From contig CAXNAD020000010.1 in NCBI GenBank assembly GCA_964200185.2, positions 1 to 49,028 on the forward strand: a stretch of DNA of 49,028 nt, in the 5' to 3' direction. The translations under genes and the position numbers were made by a program. Source of the stretch: Choristocarpus tenellus KU-1152. Taxonomy: Eukaryota > Protista > Phaeophyceae. Below are positions 1-12,700 of the stretch, one piece after another; within the stretch, counting starts at the first letter, position 1; every line of letters starts with the position of its first letter. The notes under the pieces are model-generated. The model was given only the letters and a program-made list of their open reading frames with translations, was not told the DNA's origin and did no database searches.

Positions 1-175
1 GTGTTTGTTAGGAAGTGTCAATATCCATGTTTTGGTCACACGTTTTCATAACGTATACACTTTCCCTATTCCGAACCGTTTTGGAGTAGGAAAATGTCAT
101 AAAAGAACCCATGGGAAGCCAAGCCCCAAATGGACAAACAGGGAAAAATTCGTACCCTCTAAGATACTTTCACTC
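1..175 (-). mobile_element. Partial copy 1 of a ~260-bp TIR (MITE-like) element, cut by the window edge
   Basis: Reverse-complement homologue of 8615-8790. Ends in CGTACCCTCTAAGATACTTTCACT, the complement of the copy-4 left terminus. Confidence 0.75.
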
Positions 176-3125
176 AGTGATTACCGCACATTCATGAGGA
201 TCCTACCTGGAGATTCGACCACGAGTCAGTGATCGATCGTTGTTTGACTCACTATCATGAATGAGTGCAGGGAGTGTAACCTGATCATGAAGAGAGTTGT
301 GAGCTGTTGACATGGAGGTTTTGATTGAGAGAAGGACCTAGTTTCTCGACGCTGCAGAGGTTGGGGACTGGAATGTTAAATATTCATCACGACACAACAT
401 ATGGCATATGCTGACAGATGTCTATCCGAAGCTGAAATGTGTTTGTGTGTTTTCAGGAGGTAATGGCAGAGTGGACTGAGTGAAGGCTTTGTGCAAGCGA
501 TGGAGTGTATTAAAATGTGTCATAATGTCAAAATCCAAAACATTTAGGATATTGACATTTGGATGATCTGCGATGGGTTTTATGAAGCTATGAACGGTCT
601 GTTGAACATGAAAAATGCCTATGAGATTGGCCAGAATTTTTAAGATCCAAAACATTTCGGATTTTGACATTTGGAGGATGATGGGCAATGTCGAGGATGA
701 GATATCTGAATTGGATGCAGGGAGGAATGTGACTGTAGTTGATGAAGTGTTGTGAAGTGGAAATATAGTGAAGGAGTGGAACCCACAACCTCTAGGATTT
801 GTCACATTAGAGTGTGTGATTTAGTGAGGGTTTGTGTGATGTGTGTAACAACTCTATGTGGCATGGGATATAATTGGTGGATGTGATGAGATCATGCTGT
901 AGTTGTTTGGCCACAAAAAAGGGTTGAGTGAAGAGTTGATCAACAGGACTCACAAACTATTCTTGAATTTTTTCTGACGACTTTTTGTGAAAATTTGGAT
1001 ATTTTGTTGTTTTGTTTGATTGATTGTAAAACAATTGAGGTTTTTGGTGCGTAGTAGGCTATGTGTTGAGATATTTTTGTCATATGGACACTAAAACAGG
1101 CAGGATGAGGTGTCAAATTATGGATATTCCCATTCCATTCATGGGAGATTTTTTTATTGTAACTTTCACTATGTGATGGGCTTTCTCTAATGTGCGCAAA
1201 AATTGGGAATTTTGTTTGTGTAGTTGGTCATATTTGGAGATGTGCGGTGCTAAGGGTGTGACAAAGGGGACGTATATCTGGGACTAGAGAATACTGTGAA
1301 GTACAAAAATTGCAACACTGGAAAATATCCTTTTCATTTGCCATGTGGAAGGTTTCCATTGTTTGGAATATTATGTTGATTCCCCGCATGAGAGAAAATA
1401 CAGGACATAGAAAATTCACCCTAGACGTGGGGGGGATACATTTTCTGCAATTACTGGAGGGCAGGAGGATCTGGAGGCACATTCCCTATGAAGGTGATGT
1501 CTTGTAGGTGGTGCTCTGGAGGAGTCATTCCATGTGGGACAGCTGGAGTAGTATGTCGTTTGTGTGCCCCTATTTGTTCTTGTTTCCTACAGACATACAC
1601 ACCTGTTTTCTTGGTTGTAGCTGAGATGAGGAGTGAGGTGTAGGGGGTGGGTGTGACTCGTCCCATTGATAATTATTTTTCATTTTTAGTGTTTTATTCT
1701 ATATTTTCGGAACTGCAAACTGGAAAAGGGGGCAGATATTCAGATGGATAGTTAGGAAATTATTTCGGAAAGATGTCTCTTAAGTGTCAATAAATTTGGA
1801 TGTAAGCAATTTGATAGAAATAAAATTATGCACAATATAAGTAATTAATACTCTTTATTGAGAAAATTGCTTTTTAACAGATTACTCTGCAAAACTATTT
1901 AACTAACTTTACAACATATCTAAAATAAGTTTTAAAGATACCTCACAGGATTGCTGGCGTATTTCAGCCCTTGTTCCAGAAAAGTATTTCGTACAAATAT
2001 GCTTTTGACTTAGCCAAATCATAAATTTTTTTAGGTTTCAATGAAATTGATTTATCAAAGATACTATAATCAGGACTAAAGGTAATTTTTGTTCCTTTTA
2101 GCTTTTTGAGGGTTGATGCTATTTCCAACTTAGTTTTAGGTATTCCTTTAGAATATTTCTGAGTATAGGAAGTACCACTTCTAAAAACTTCTAATGTATT
2201 TGTTCTATTCTGTTGTTAGGTAATTACTAGGTATGGTATTATTTTCCAGTATGCATCGGGGCATTGTATTTTGTTTTGGGGTTGAATGCTCTGTTGATGG
2301 CTTGATTTAGTGAAATGGTGAGGTGTGAACATGTATGTGTTGATTTGTTGGTGTGAAAGATGTATGGATGCTGCAGTGTTTTAGGAATGTTAGAGAGAAG
2401 TTCTGATCATACATTGCAGTTCCAGTCCAAGAGTTGCAATACCATGGTTGTTTCAAAAAATTACAGTAGGGTTGTGAGTTTGAATTGGAAGAGAACGACG
2501 AGTTCAATTTGCAAAGTGAATAAAGCACAAATGAGATATACATTTCAACCTTTGGTTCCAAGAGCAGTGGGTTGAAAATGGTTCAAATTGAAGATCAACG
2601 TACATATGTTAGGAATGAAGATTAAAATATTTTTTGCAAGATACAGTATATATCTGAAGAGGAGAGAAAGACATGAATTTGAGACCAACATCTAGGAAGC
2701 AGAGACATATAGCACTGGGGAAGATGTTGAAATGGAAATTTTGGTAAACCATATCATTGAATTTCTTGTCAATCAATTATTATTTGGGGAACCTTTGAAA
2801 TGGTATGATGTATAAGTTGTATCGTCTAATGTTAAAACAAAATTCAAATATACTGAGGAAGCTGTTAATGGTTGCTTCTATATTACCAGAGACAAAGTAG
2901 ATATGAAGAAGTAGCAGAAATAATAAAAGGAAGAACATTATGATATTCTCTCTTACATTTTGTAGAATACATGTTCATTCTTCGGGAGGGGAATTTTTTA
3001 AATCAACAGGATACGACCCAATTGTTATTTAGGTGTGCATGGCAATATGTAATAAAATATTCTAATAACCTCTAGTATGGTTAAGCGTGTAGTGCAATGT
3101 GAAGCTTAAACATTTTGGAATTTAT

Positions 3126-3383
3126 GAGTCAAAGCATTTAAGAGGGTAGAGTTTTGTCCTGTTTGTCCGTTCGGGGCTTGGCTTCCCATGTTTTTTTTTA
3201 ATGTCTTTTTAGGTTTTCTGTGTGAACACAGTTACCTCAAATGTACATGTCTATGAAAGGTGTGTCCCGAGCAAGGATATTGACATCTGCTAACAAACAC
3301 AATAAACAAAATTAATCAAAATTGCAACATTGGATTTATGACCCCAAACAGACGCAACCCTACCCTTGTAAATGGTTTGGGTC
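3126..3383 (+). mobile_element. Copy 2 of the ~260-bp MITE-like element
   Basis: Imperfect terminal inverted repeats AAAGCATTTAAGAGGGTAG ... CTACCCTTGTAAATGGTTT. Internal blocks (GTTTGTCC, GGATATTGACA, TAACAAACAC, TTGGATTT, CCCCAAA) are shared with the other copies. Confidence 0.75.
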
Positions 3384-3899
3384 TATATTTTCATCACCTA
3401 AAATTTTGTTTATTTTGCACCATATAAGTATGACCTCATTCATTTCGTGCAACATATATGTAGCCTATGTTGTGGGTTTGATTATATGAGAAGAACCACT
3501 TTGAAGCATGGTGATTTTTTTAATGTCGAATTTTATATATAGGATTTAGGAGGAATAACATGGTACAAGTAAGGACACAACAAAATCAAGTTTATGTGTG
3601 GGTTAAGGAGTATGAACGATTTCCCCTTGTCCAAAGGGAGATGTGTGCATAGTAAATTCAGAAATGGTATGTATTGTAATGGGGGTTTGATATTTGGTTT
3701 TGTTGAGGCATGAAACACTATTGTAAAAGAAACAGTGGTTTGTGTGTGGTTCATCAGCATAAGAAATATAGGAAGAAGTGTATGTGTGAGATGATTTGCC
3801 TGTTTAACTGTTTTTGTGTTTGTCTGTTTCATTCTATACATATGTTTGTCTGTTATGCAATTAGCATGTGGCCACATGTGTGTGATTATCTATCCCGTC

Positions 3900-4340
3900 T
3901 CACGGTCTGTGGTACACCAAGTTTGTAGTGGATGAGTGAGTGCAAATACATTGGTGGTTGTGTATGTCTGTAGTTGCCAGTGACTTTGTTGGCGTCTGTG
4001 AGAATGTATCTGTTTCACTATGTGGTATGCACCATTTATTTTTGGTGTGTGTGATGAGTAAATGTTATGGTATTAGTGTTGCAATTGGGTTATGTGGTGT
4101 GTTTTGGTATGTGTATGTGGTGTGTGTGAGTACATTATTAATGGTGTGTGTGTGTCTTATGCTCTTAGTACATCGACATGCATCTGTATCTGCGACACAA
4201 TGCAGTACACAATGGTTTGCTGTTGTCTGTGCCTGTGTTGCAATAGTGTACACACATGTGCACATTTGTTTCTTGATCGGGCCTGTATTCTTGTGCGACA
4301 CACTAGCATTGTGTGTATTTTTCGAGTTTGAAGGCTAGGC
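3900..4340. repeat. TG-rich low-complexity region
   Basis: Dense TGTG/GTGT runs. The overlapping C/V- and H/T-rich ORFs are compositional artefacts. Confidence 0.55.
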
Positions 4341-5940
4341 CATGTAGTAGTGGCTAGGTGTAGTACACTGGAGATATAGGGTGTCGAACTATGAAATATA
4401 TAGGAAAGGAAACATGGCATGGTCGGCAATGGTAGCCCGCACACATGTGAAGAGACAAGGTATTATGTTTTGAAGTATCACAATCCAAATAATAGTGGTA
4501 ACGGTATTGTTTAGTTGCATGTGGCACATGGATTGCTTGTGGGAGGGATGCTGATGTATTTTTGCAATGTCCCATGTACAAGGCATGATCTGACATAGTG
4601 TGAGTACACTGGAACAGATGGAATGTGTTAGGAAAGTATAGAACTTGCCTGTTATTTGCACTTCAACCTTGCTTAGTGTTTCATCCAGTCACGCAAGTGG
4701 TATGTCCATATCGCAAGACACAGTTCTCAGGAAGTTTGTGCAAATCAGTGTGTTTATACTTTCTCCTGGTGTAAGGGGAATCTGGTACTATCAATGGGGC
4801 AGGAGGTCATTGTCGCCCATGACATCTGTATAGAAAATTTTCATTATCTGACAATTATTCCAACTACAGGGATGAGCACACAACTATCTGATGTGTGGGG
4901 AGAGAGAGAGTCGTTGTTGTCAGCCCTGTCAGTCACCTGCCAGTGCAATCCAATATTTCCAAACTTGGCATTCCTGCTCTGCTGATTCATCCCAATGTCA
5001 TCCCAGTAAATTGTATGCAAATATGGATTTTGTGTTTGGACATAGTACAGGCTAGTATGAGAGAGAAGTGCAAAATAAATGACAGAGACGACAGTATAAT
5101 GACTTATTACACACACATTTGGATCGCTGTATGATCACTGGTGTTGTTTTGGATATATGCACTTTCCTTCCTTTTACAAAGTACCTAGAATATACCATTG
5201 AGTGTATTTATTGACATCCATCCATGTTAACATGATGGGTAAAATACTGTTGTGCGCTGGTCATACACCACCCACCACTGCAAGCAAAGTTAGGATAAAA
5301 ACATGAGAACTTGCTGTTATGTTACAGCAGTTGTGTAGCCTTAGTGATACATTGCAGCATGCTCGTGGTAAATGAAAGGTGATCCATGCACTTCTCTGAT
5401 ATTCAGCAAATTTCATGCAACTCTCTTGTTTGAGATGGGAACACATGCACCAATAAATTGGTTTATGTTACAACAACCGCAACCAATGGAGCATATTCTG
5501 TATTGGATGCAGAAGGACAATTGTGAAACTTGGAACACACCCAACACTTTTTACAGAACCAACTTATTCAAAATTAAATAAACAGAAAATGCACACATAG
5601 CGTTAATTCCATCCACCCCTTTTCCAAACATTTCTACATGCATACATCTCACAACTTGATACATGGGAGGGGGAGAGGAGGGGCTTTGTGGGGGGGTCTC
5701 TACATCTTTCTATAGCAAGAGTCAATATCCTTGCTCGGGAAAAACCTTCCATACTCATTTCCTTGGTATGTTATCTGTCATCAACAGTGTTTGAGGGTAG
5801 TTCTGCCTATTCTTGTGCTATATGATGACGTGCGATGGCACACTTGCTTCCACAAATTGCATTTTGATTGAAACTTGTTCAGTTTGTGTGGTTCTGACAA
5901 ACCTCCTTCAGAGAATGTGGTAAGTGAGAGCACAAATGCA

Positions 5941-6218
5941 GATTCAAAGCATTTCAGAGGGTAGCCCAGTGTCCATTTGGGGTCATAAATCCAATGTTGC
6001 GATTTTCATGTAATTTGGGTTATCATGTTTGTTAGCAAGTGTCAATACCCTTCCTCTAAAAACACCTTTCATAGCCATGAATATTTTAACTACTCCGATA
6101 TGTTTTGGACTAGGTAACTGTGTTCACAAAAAACCAAAAAAAGAGCATAAAAAATCTGCAGGAAGCCAAGCCCATAACAAACAGGGGTAACCTTCTACTA
6201 TCTGAAATGCTTTGGATC
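5941..6218 (-). mobile_element. Copy 3 of the MITE-like element
   Basis: Termini GATTCAAAGCATTTCAGAGGGTAG ... CTACTATCTGAAATGCTTTGGATC, with TGCA on both sides (5937-5940, 6219-6222). The body is inverted relative to copy 2. Confidence 0.75.
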
Positions 6219-6949
6219 TGCAGCAAGATGACACAAAGTAGGAGATTGATGCAAACGGAACTGGTGTCTCCTGTACATGACCTTGTAAGATGCAGTGTTT
6301 TAAGGTTATGTTGTGTCATTTGTTGGTTTATTGATCTGTTTTGTGCCCCTCCAATCTTCTCATCTTTAAACTTACCTTCCCTCCTCACATCGTCTCCTTT
6401 TTACTTGTTCTTTTGTTATAGTCAGCTATGAGTCTGGTGAAGAAATCACTGGAACGCGTAATGGAAGCATAGACAGCTCTCAAGAGTGACAGATATGTCA
6501 CAGTGTCTCTCATCATCCCTAAACAGGAGGAAGTGAAAAAAATCTGTATGCAAATGTGCAGGAGTGATGATGATTGATTTCATGCACTACTTTGAAGATA
6601 CAAGCAGGTACATTGCCCAGTACTCTCAGGGTGAGAATAGGCAGCCAAGAGGATATAAATGGAGGCAGGTCCTGGCTACATGCCGTCAACAATCTTTTCT
6701 TTGCCACATCAGGTCCATCCAATCTGAAAAAACACTACTCGTTGTATGTCACACAAAGGAAACAGAGGGAAAGGGACAAAGAGGGAAGCAAGAAAAATTT
6801 ACTCAGAAAGAGAAACACAATTGCCGTGTCCTCCCTTCTAATAGGTCCTTATAGACGTATCCAGAACCAGCTACTCACAGGTACTCTTTGGCTTCATTGT
6901 GATTTCCTGTGACAAATAGCATCTTTTGCTTCTTGCCTTCATCTTGTAG

Positions 6950-8614
6950 GGCAGGCGGGCTGATTAGCTTTGCAGCTGTTCTCTCTGAGCATGTGGGCTA
7001 GTATCTCAAGGCAGTGCCTTCCACTGTTGTCTGCCTTGCCAGTACAGTTTCCTGGCTATGACCGCTTTGCAGATTTTGCTGTAGGACCGATGACTTGCAA
7101 AGTTGTGTGGATTCATCATAGAGGGCGTCCATGTCCCTTTTCCCCATGGCATGGCCTTCAAACTCATCTTGAGCATCTTGTGTCCTTCCACATCTTTCAG
7201 TTTTATGTCTCTTGTGCCTCAGATGTGCATTTTCAAGTTCCCTGCCCGCCCTCTCCAGGCAATGTGTATGCAGAAGGGTACCTTCCTCAAGCTGTTCCTC
7301 AATTTGTGTTGACATGTCCCAGGTGGGAAGTTGTCACTGTCATAGTCTTTGTCCCCACCCTGTAGACCACTGGATCCAGCTCATCCACATGGATATTGAA
7401 ACCTCAAAGTCCAGTTGCTGTCTCTTGGGATAAAGATGTATCCTGAGAAGACAAGAGGAGATCTGCTGATGTTATACCTGTTGTTCTCGGCACTCAATGC
7501 CTGCTATTGGCTGGGGGAAATAATATACTCCAGAGTACACACTCTGTTCTTCATCAAGTCAGGTAGGAGTTTAACCTGGAACTGGGGGATAAGAGGTTGT
7601 GGTGGAATGTCCCATACTGGAGTCCAATTGAACAATCCCCTTCCCAGCACCACAGGTGAAAAACATCTCCCCTTTATACGAACTTCTCATCATGTGGAAA
7701 ATCTTCTTGTATCCCACTTCTGCTACTAGGTGAGCATCCTCCACTGCTTCGATTTGGTCAATATAGTTGTAGATAATGAACTTGTGGTACAGGATCAGCA
7801 GTACATTTACATGGCTATCCCTTGGAAAGCACATCTCCACTGATCAACTTGAGTTTCTCCATTTCCTCTTGGGCATTAGCTTCCCTAAACTCTTGGGCAT
7901 TACATCTGGCAGCGTCCTCCACCATTCCTTCCTTGTTGCAGTTGTTGGGACCCTGATCTGATCTTTCCTTGGCACCCACCTCTTCACCTCTATCTTTTGT
8001 TGTTTGCCATGTTGGGACTTGTTGCTTGGGGTGTCGATAACTTGAGAATTGGCTTTGAGTTGTGAACCAAAATCTGTCACAGTTGCTAGTCTAGTCCAGT
8101 TCTCCCTGACCAAAAAAATATGGAACTGAATATTTATTGAGGTATCAAGCGTTACACAGACTTGAAGCTCAAGTCATAAGTTTCACCCGATTATATCATC
8201 AGAAATGAACATATATACATAGGATGAGATAATTGCAATTAGCGATGTGACAATTGAACAAATTAAAAAATTAAAATGTTGCCTAGAAACCTAAGTGAAA
8301 ATCTTGATTAGCAATTCCCTCTATAATGCTATTTATACTATGTACTGAATTAGCAAAATGATAACTGATTCTGAGGCGAGGATCATATCTGTAGTATTCC
8401 GTTTGCTTGCCGACCAACAGGGGGCAAGAGTTTATTCGATATTGAAGCTGAGATTTTCAGATTACAAGGAGATATCTTAAAACAACAAAGGGGGTGAAGG
8501 GTTGCAGGGGTGGTCAGAAATAATCTGGTGTTGTGGTGTTGATGGGTTTGAACTCACGGCATTGCAAAAAAATGATTGTCAACTTTGATTTTTGCAATGT
8601 CAAAGTTGCCATCA
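6950..8614 (-). pseudogene. Decayed, apparently intron-containing coding relic, possibly a KDZ-type transposase
   Basis: Minus-strand fragment DGNFDIAKIKVDNHFFAMP followed by a GTGAGT donor (8553-8558), a TTTTTTTGGTCAG acceptor near 8106, and several broken 89-105 aa frames. The family assignment rests mainly on the short DGNF motif. Confidence 0.25.
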
Positions 8615-8873
8615 AAGTGAAAGTATCTTAGAGGGTACGAGTTTTGCCCTGTTTGTCCATTTGGGGCTTGTCTACCCATGGTTTCTTTTATGACATTTAC
8701 CGACTCCAAAATGTTTAGGAGTAGGTAAAGTGTGTATGTTATGAAAAGGTGGGTCTTGAACATGGATATTGACACTTCCTAACAAACACGATAACCAAAA
8801 TTTCATCAAAATGGCAAAATTGGATTTTGGCCCCCAAATGGACGCGGCTCTACCCTGTAAGATACTTTGCCTC
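8615..8873 (+). mobile_element. Copy 4 of the MITE-like element
   Basis: TIR AAAGTATCTTAGAGGGTA ... TACCCTGTAAGATACTTT plus subterminal inverted GTCCATTTGGGG / CCCCAAATGGAC. No coding capacity. Confidence 0.8.
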
Positions 8874-8879
8874 ACTAAT

Positions 8880-9704
8880 AGTGTGAGTATGGTCTAGGCA
8901 GCGTGTCAGTATTGACTGGAGGTTGCTGCACTTCCTCACATGGTTATCGATGGCCCGAGTAACCCCAGGCAATTTTATGGGCTTCATCGAGGTCTATTGG
9001 ATTAACGAGAAGGCCTACATACTTCAGTTTGTAAAAAGGGTCAAATACTTCAAACAATAGTCCATCTCTTAACTGCCCTGTCGCACATGGTTATCAACCA
9101 TTCTAGCACCGAGACGTGCACGGATTGAAGGTAAAGATAAGAGATGCGAGGGCATTCTAAAAATTCACAATCCTCACCTCGACGGCAAAGCAACGTGGGT
9201 AATCAAGGATTGGTTTCCTGTTCAAGTGTATCAGCTCTCAAAGCCAATGTACGTATCTGATGAAACAAAGGTCTCGTTTGAAATGACCTCGCAGGGCCCA
9301 CTTTACCTTCATCATAGCTTCATCTCGAGCCAAATAGCACTCCCTTCAGTACACTACACCCAAAGAATGGGCGAAACCAACCTGTCTTCAGTACCCAAAC
9401 CAGCGCCAACTAGGTTGTCAATATGGAGGTTTGAAAGGTAAAATACCTATCGGATTTGGGTAATCACACACCCGTAAAGTTAAGGAACATAAAAAGATTG
9501 ATAAAAAGAACCAAAATATAGAAAATGCCCAACATACTTCCAACAAATGTTTGAAAACCAACCAACCAATCAATCAATATGATGTACTACTCCCCTTCAA
9601 CTTATTGGAAACCCTAGAGTTGAGCTAGGTAGACACCAAGTCCTCATCGACAACCACGCCTTGCTAGTGTTGTTGGATATACTTTACTCTTTGATCCTCC
9701 AGGG
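8880..9704 (+). promoter_or_regulatory. CpG-retaining upstream/promoter region of MTR4
   Basis: About 13 CpG counted in 9001-9360 versus about 1 in 11401-11760. AACCAACCAATCAATCAAT tract near 9560-9580. Confidence 0.4.
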
Positions 9705-12700
9705 ATGGACTTAGATCTATTTAGTGCTTTTGACGGAGATCAAAAGGTTGGCAATGTCGTTGAGTCGAAAGACCCAGAGAAAGCAAATTCGCCTTCTCAA
9801 CTCAGAAAGCGAAGTAGAGAAGAAGATGCTGTAACTGCCTCAGACGAGGAAGTAAAGCAGGTACAACTGGTGCATGGAGAGGAGTCCTCCACAGTCCGAG
9901 ACGATGGAACCTTCGTCAAGTCGGTGAGAACTACCCATAGCAGAGTATCCTCGGGAATCACAAAGGATCGGCACTACGCGTATGTGGTTGTAGTGCAACT
10001 TTGAACCATCTGCCAGTAGATGGCAGTGTAAAGACAGGCCTTGTATTATATATTGATTATTCTTGAAGATCCCCTCGCAAACTGTAATCAACAAGATATG
10101 ATCGCCCCCCTATTCTCATGCCCCATCCTTGTAGTACTCTGTGTACCCCAGTGACTGGAAAGCAGACCCACACTACCGTCCTTCTGCCAAGCCTGCAAAG
10201 GAGTACCCCTTCATCCTGGATCCCTTCCAAAAACAGGCTATTCAGTATATTGAGCGCAATGAGTCAGTACTGGTTTCAGCTCATACTTCAGCGGGCAAGG
10301 TGCGTCTGAGCTTGATTGTGGTGTTGAGATCCTTAGAGCTCAAAAGACTTGATGAAAAATACCATGCTTTACCCTTCAGGTACACGAGCCCTGTTGCAAT
10401 AATTAGTAAATTATGATGTAATTCTGCAACTTCTACGCCATGGTTGACTGTGGTTCTTTCATGTGCTCCCCTTGGTGTCAATACCTTAGGTGCAAGAGCA
10501 AAACCCGTCGTGGTGCTGCACATTTTCAGAGTAATTCTTGTTGCCTTGAACGTTCCCTTACCAGGCACTCTATGATAAAATAAGTTACGATGTTGTAGTG
10601 TTGTGTATTGGGTTCAAGCTATTGTTATGATTCTTAACCCGAAAAAACTCAGCCCCATCGTCATGGTAATGACAAGTTCTTCCTGCTGTGACCACAGACG
10701 GTAAATGCTGAATATGCCATTGCCAAATGCCTAAGAGATAAGCAACGGGTCATCTACACTAGCCCAATCAAGGCGCTGTCCAACCAGAAATTCAGGGACC
10801 TCCAGGTACTTAGTTTGTCAGGTTCCTGCTGATTTACTATCGTACTTGAAGGGTCTGGCTTGTCCGTTTCCGTGATAGTCATGATGCCGTTGTGATGTAT
10901 TATTTCTTAATGGTTTGCAGCTCTACACCAAAAGGCATTGGCCATCTTTCTAAACATATTCCTTGTGAGCCCCTGAGTCTTTCATTGTCATCAAACCTTT
11001 CTCTCTCAACTGTGCACGTGTTTTTAGCAGACATTCAAGAAATGTTGTTCTTTTAATTTCCTTCTCAATGCACTTCCTCTGTACCATTGGCAGGAAGAGT
11101 TTGGTGATGTTGGACTTATGACTGGTGACATCACCATCAACCCTAGTGCCACTTGCCTCATCATGACAACAGAGATCCTGCGATCAATGTTGTACCGAGG
11201 CAGTGAAGTGATGAGGGAAGTGGCATGGGTTATCTACGATGAAATTCACTACATGAGGTGACTCTCTCAGTCAGTCAGTTCCCTTGACCTATTCCTACTG
11301 GAGTGGAAGAAGTTGTGTAAAAGTAGCTGATAGTGTCAACATGGGAGTAGGGCTTCATGTATCATATTAATGTTTTGTGTGGATAACTGACCCCTCCAGT
11401 ATTCTCTGATCCAGAAAGAACACCAACAGTTGAAAATGATGGCTGACAAACTCTGTAGTACATAGTATAGATATTGCCACTCCCTCTCTGCTTATAGTAT
11501 GGATTTTAGCCAGTGAATTCAATTCTATTGCCCTTTGTTGCTGAGTGGATTGCCCACCTGATTTTAGATCTATTACTTGATATTTATGGTACAAGAAAAA
11601 CATACGTAGAGTTAGAACCTAGTGATACATGCATATGTATGTGATGTGCTCCATTGGGTAGAAAATTGAATATATTCACAGCTTGTTACTTGTTGCATTT
11701 GGTTTGAATTAGTGAATCACTTCAAGAACCAACACCTGATTACAATCCAAAGGAGTTCTTTCTTTAGATGATACAGTGTGCCTTAATTTGTTTTGGATGG
11801 TCCAGGTTAAAATTGTCATTATGTCAGTGAGGTGTGTCTCGTGTATTTTTGACATACCAATTTCTTGGTAGTGAACATTCCTGGTGCTAGGTATGGGTTA
11901 TTTTGTTGAACTCTAGATGTCACTGTGACAACTGATGTACCCATAGTGCTGTGTGAGTTGGTCTCAGCAACTTAGCTGCATCCCATAAAATATATTAGCA
12001 TTGTACCACAAGGGCACAGTTGAAAAGGCCCTGGAGGATATACACACAGACCTAGGACATTGGGTTGAAAGTATGGGGGAGATTAATGCATTGTGAAGGT
12101 TGAATCAAACTAAATGTCGATATGTGTACTTTGTTGATCACAGCATTGACTGACTGGGGATGAACTATATAAAGTTTAGGAGGTTTGTACTGAGCCCGAC
12201 AATAGTTGGAGGGATATATTAAGTATAGTCCAATTTTTATCCTCTAATCCTTGGCAACCAAAACAAGAGACAAGAGCGTGACAACCAAACATACAACTTA
12301 TTGCTTGGACAGGGACAAGAGCCGTGGTGTGGTTTGGGAGGAGAGCATTATACTTTTGCCACACAAAGTGCGATTTGTGTTTTTGTCTGCCACAATACCC
12401 AACTCCAAAGAATTTTGTGGGTGGATTGCCAAGACTCATCATCAACCCTGCCATGTCGTATATACAGATTACAGGTGCAGCTGATATCTCAACTGACAAG
12501 TTGTTGCTTTTTTTTGGAGATTGGTTTATCCATTGTTATGAATCACACATAGCTGCATGAAGATACAATATTTTCTGTCCAATTACAACATGTAATCCCT
12601 TTGTGTCTACCCTTGCTTCCCCTTTCATAATACATGTGGTTGGAAACTGACCATTTTGATTTTTTGTTATCTAAATTCCATCCTGTAATTAGGTTGAAGG

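Noticed and set aside
3533-4661. Cluster of 70-130 aa ORFs
   Set aside because: Cys/Val- or His/Thr-rich translations of TG-rich low-complexity DNA with no recognisable domain.
3126-6218. Single Mutator-like element using MITE copies 2 and 3 as long TIRs
   Set aside because: No 8-11 bp TSD at the outer ends and each copy has its own TIR pair. Kept only as an open hypothesis in the findings.
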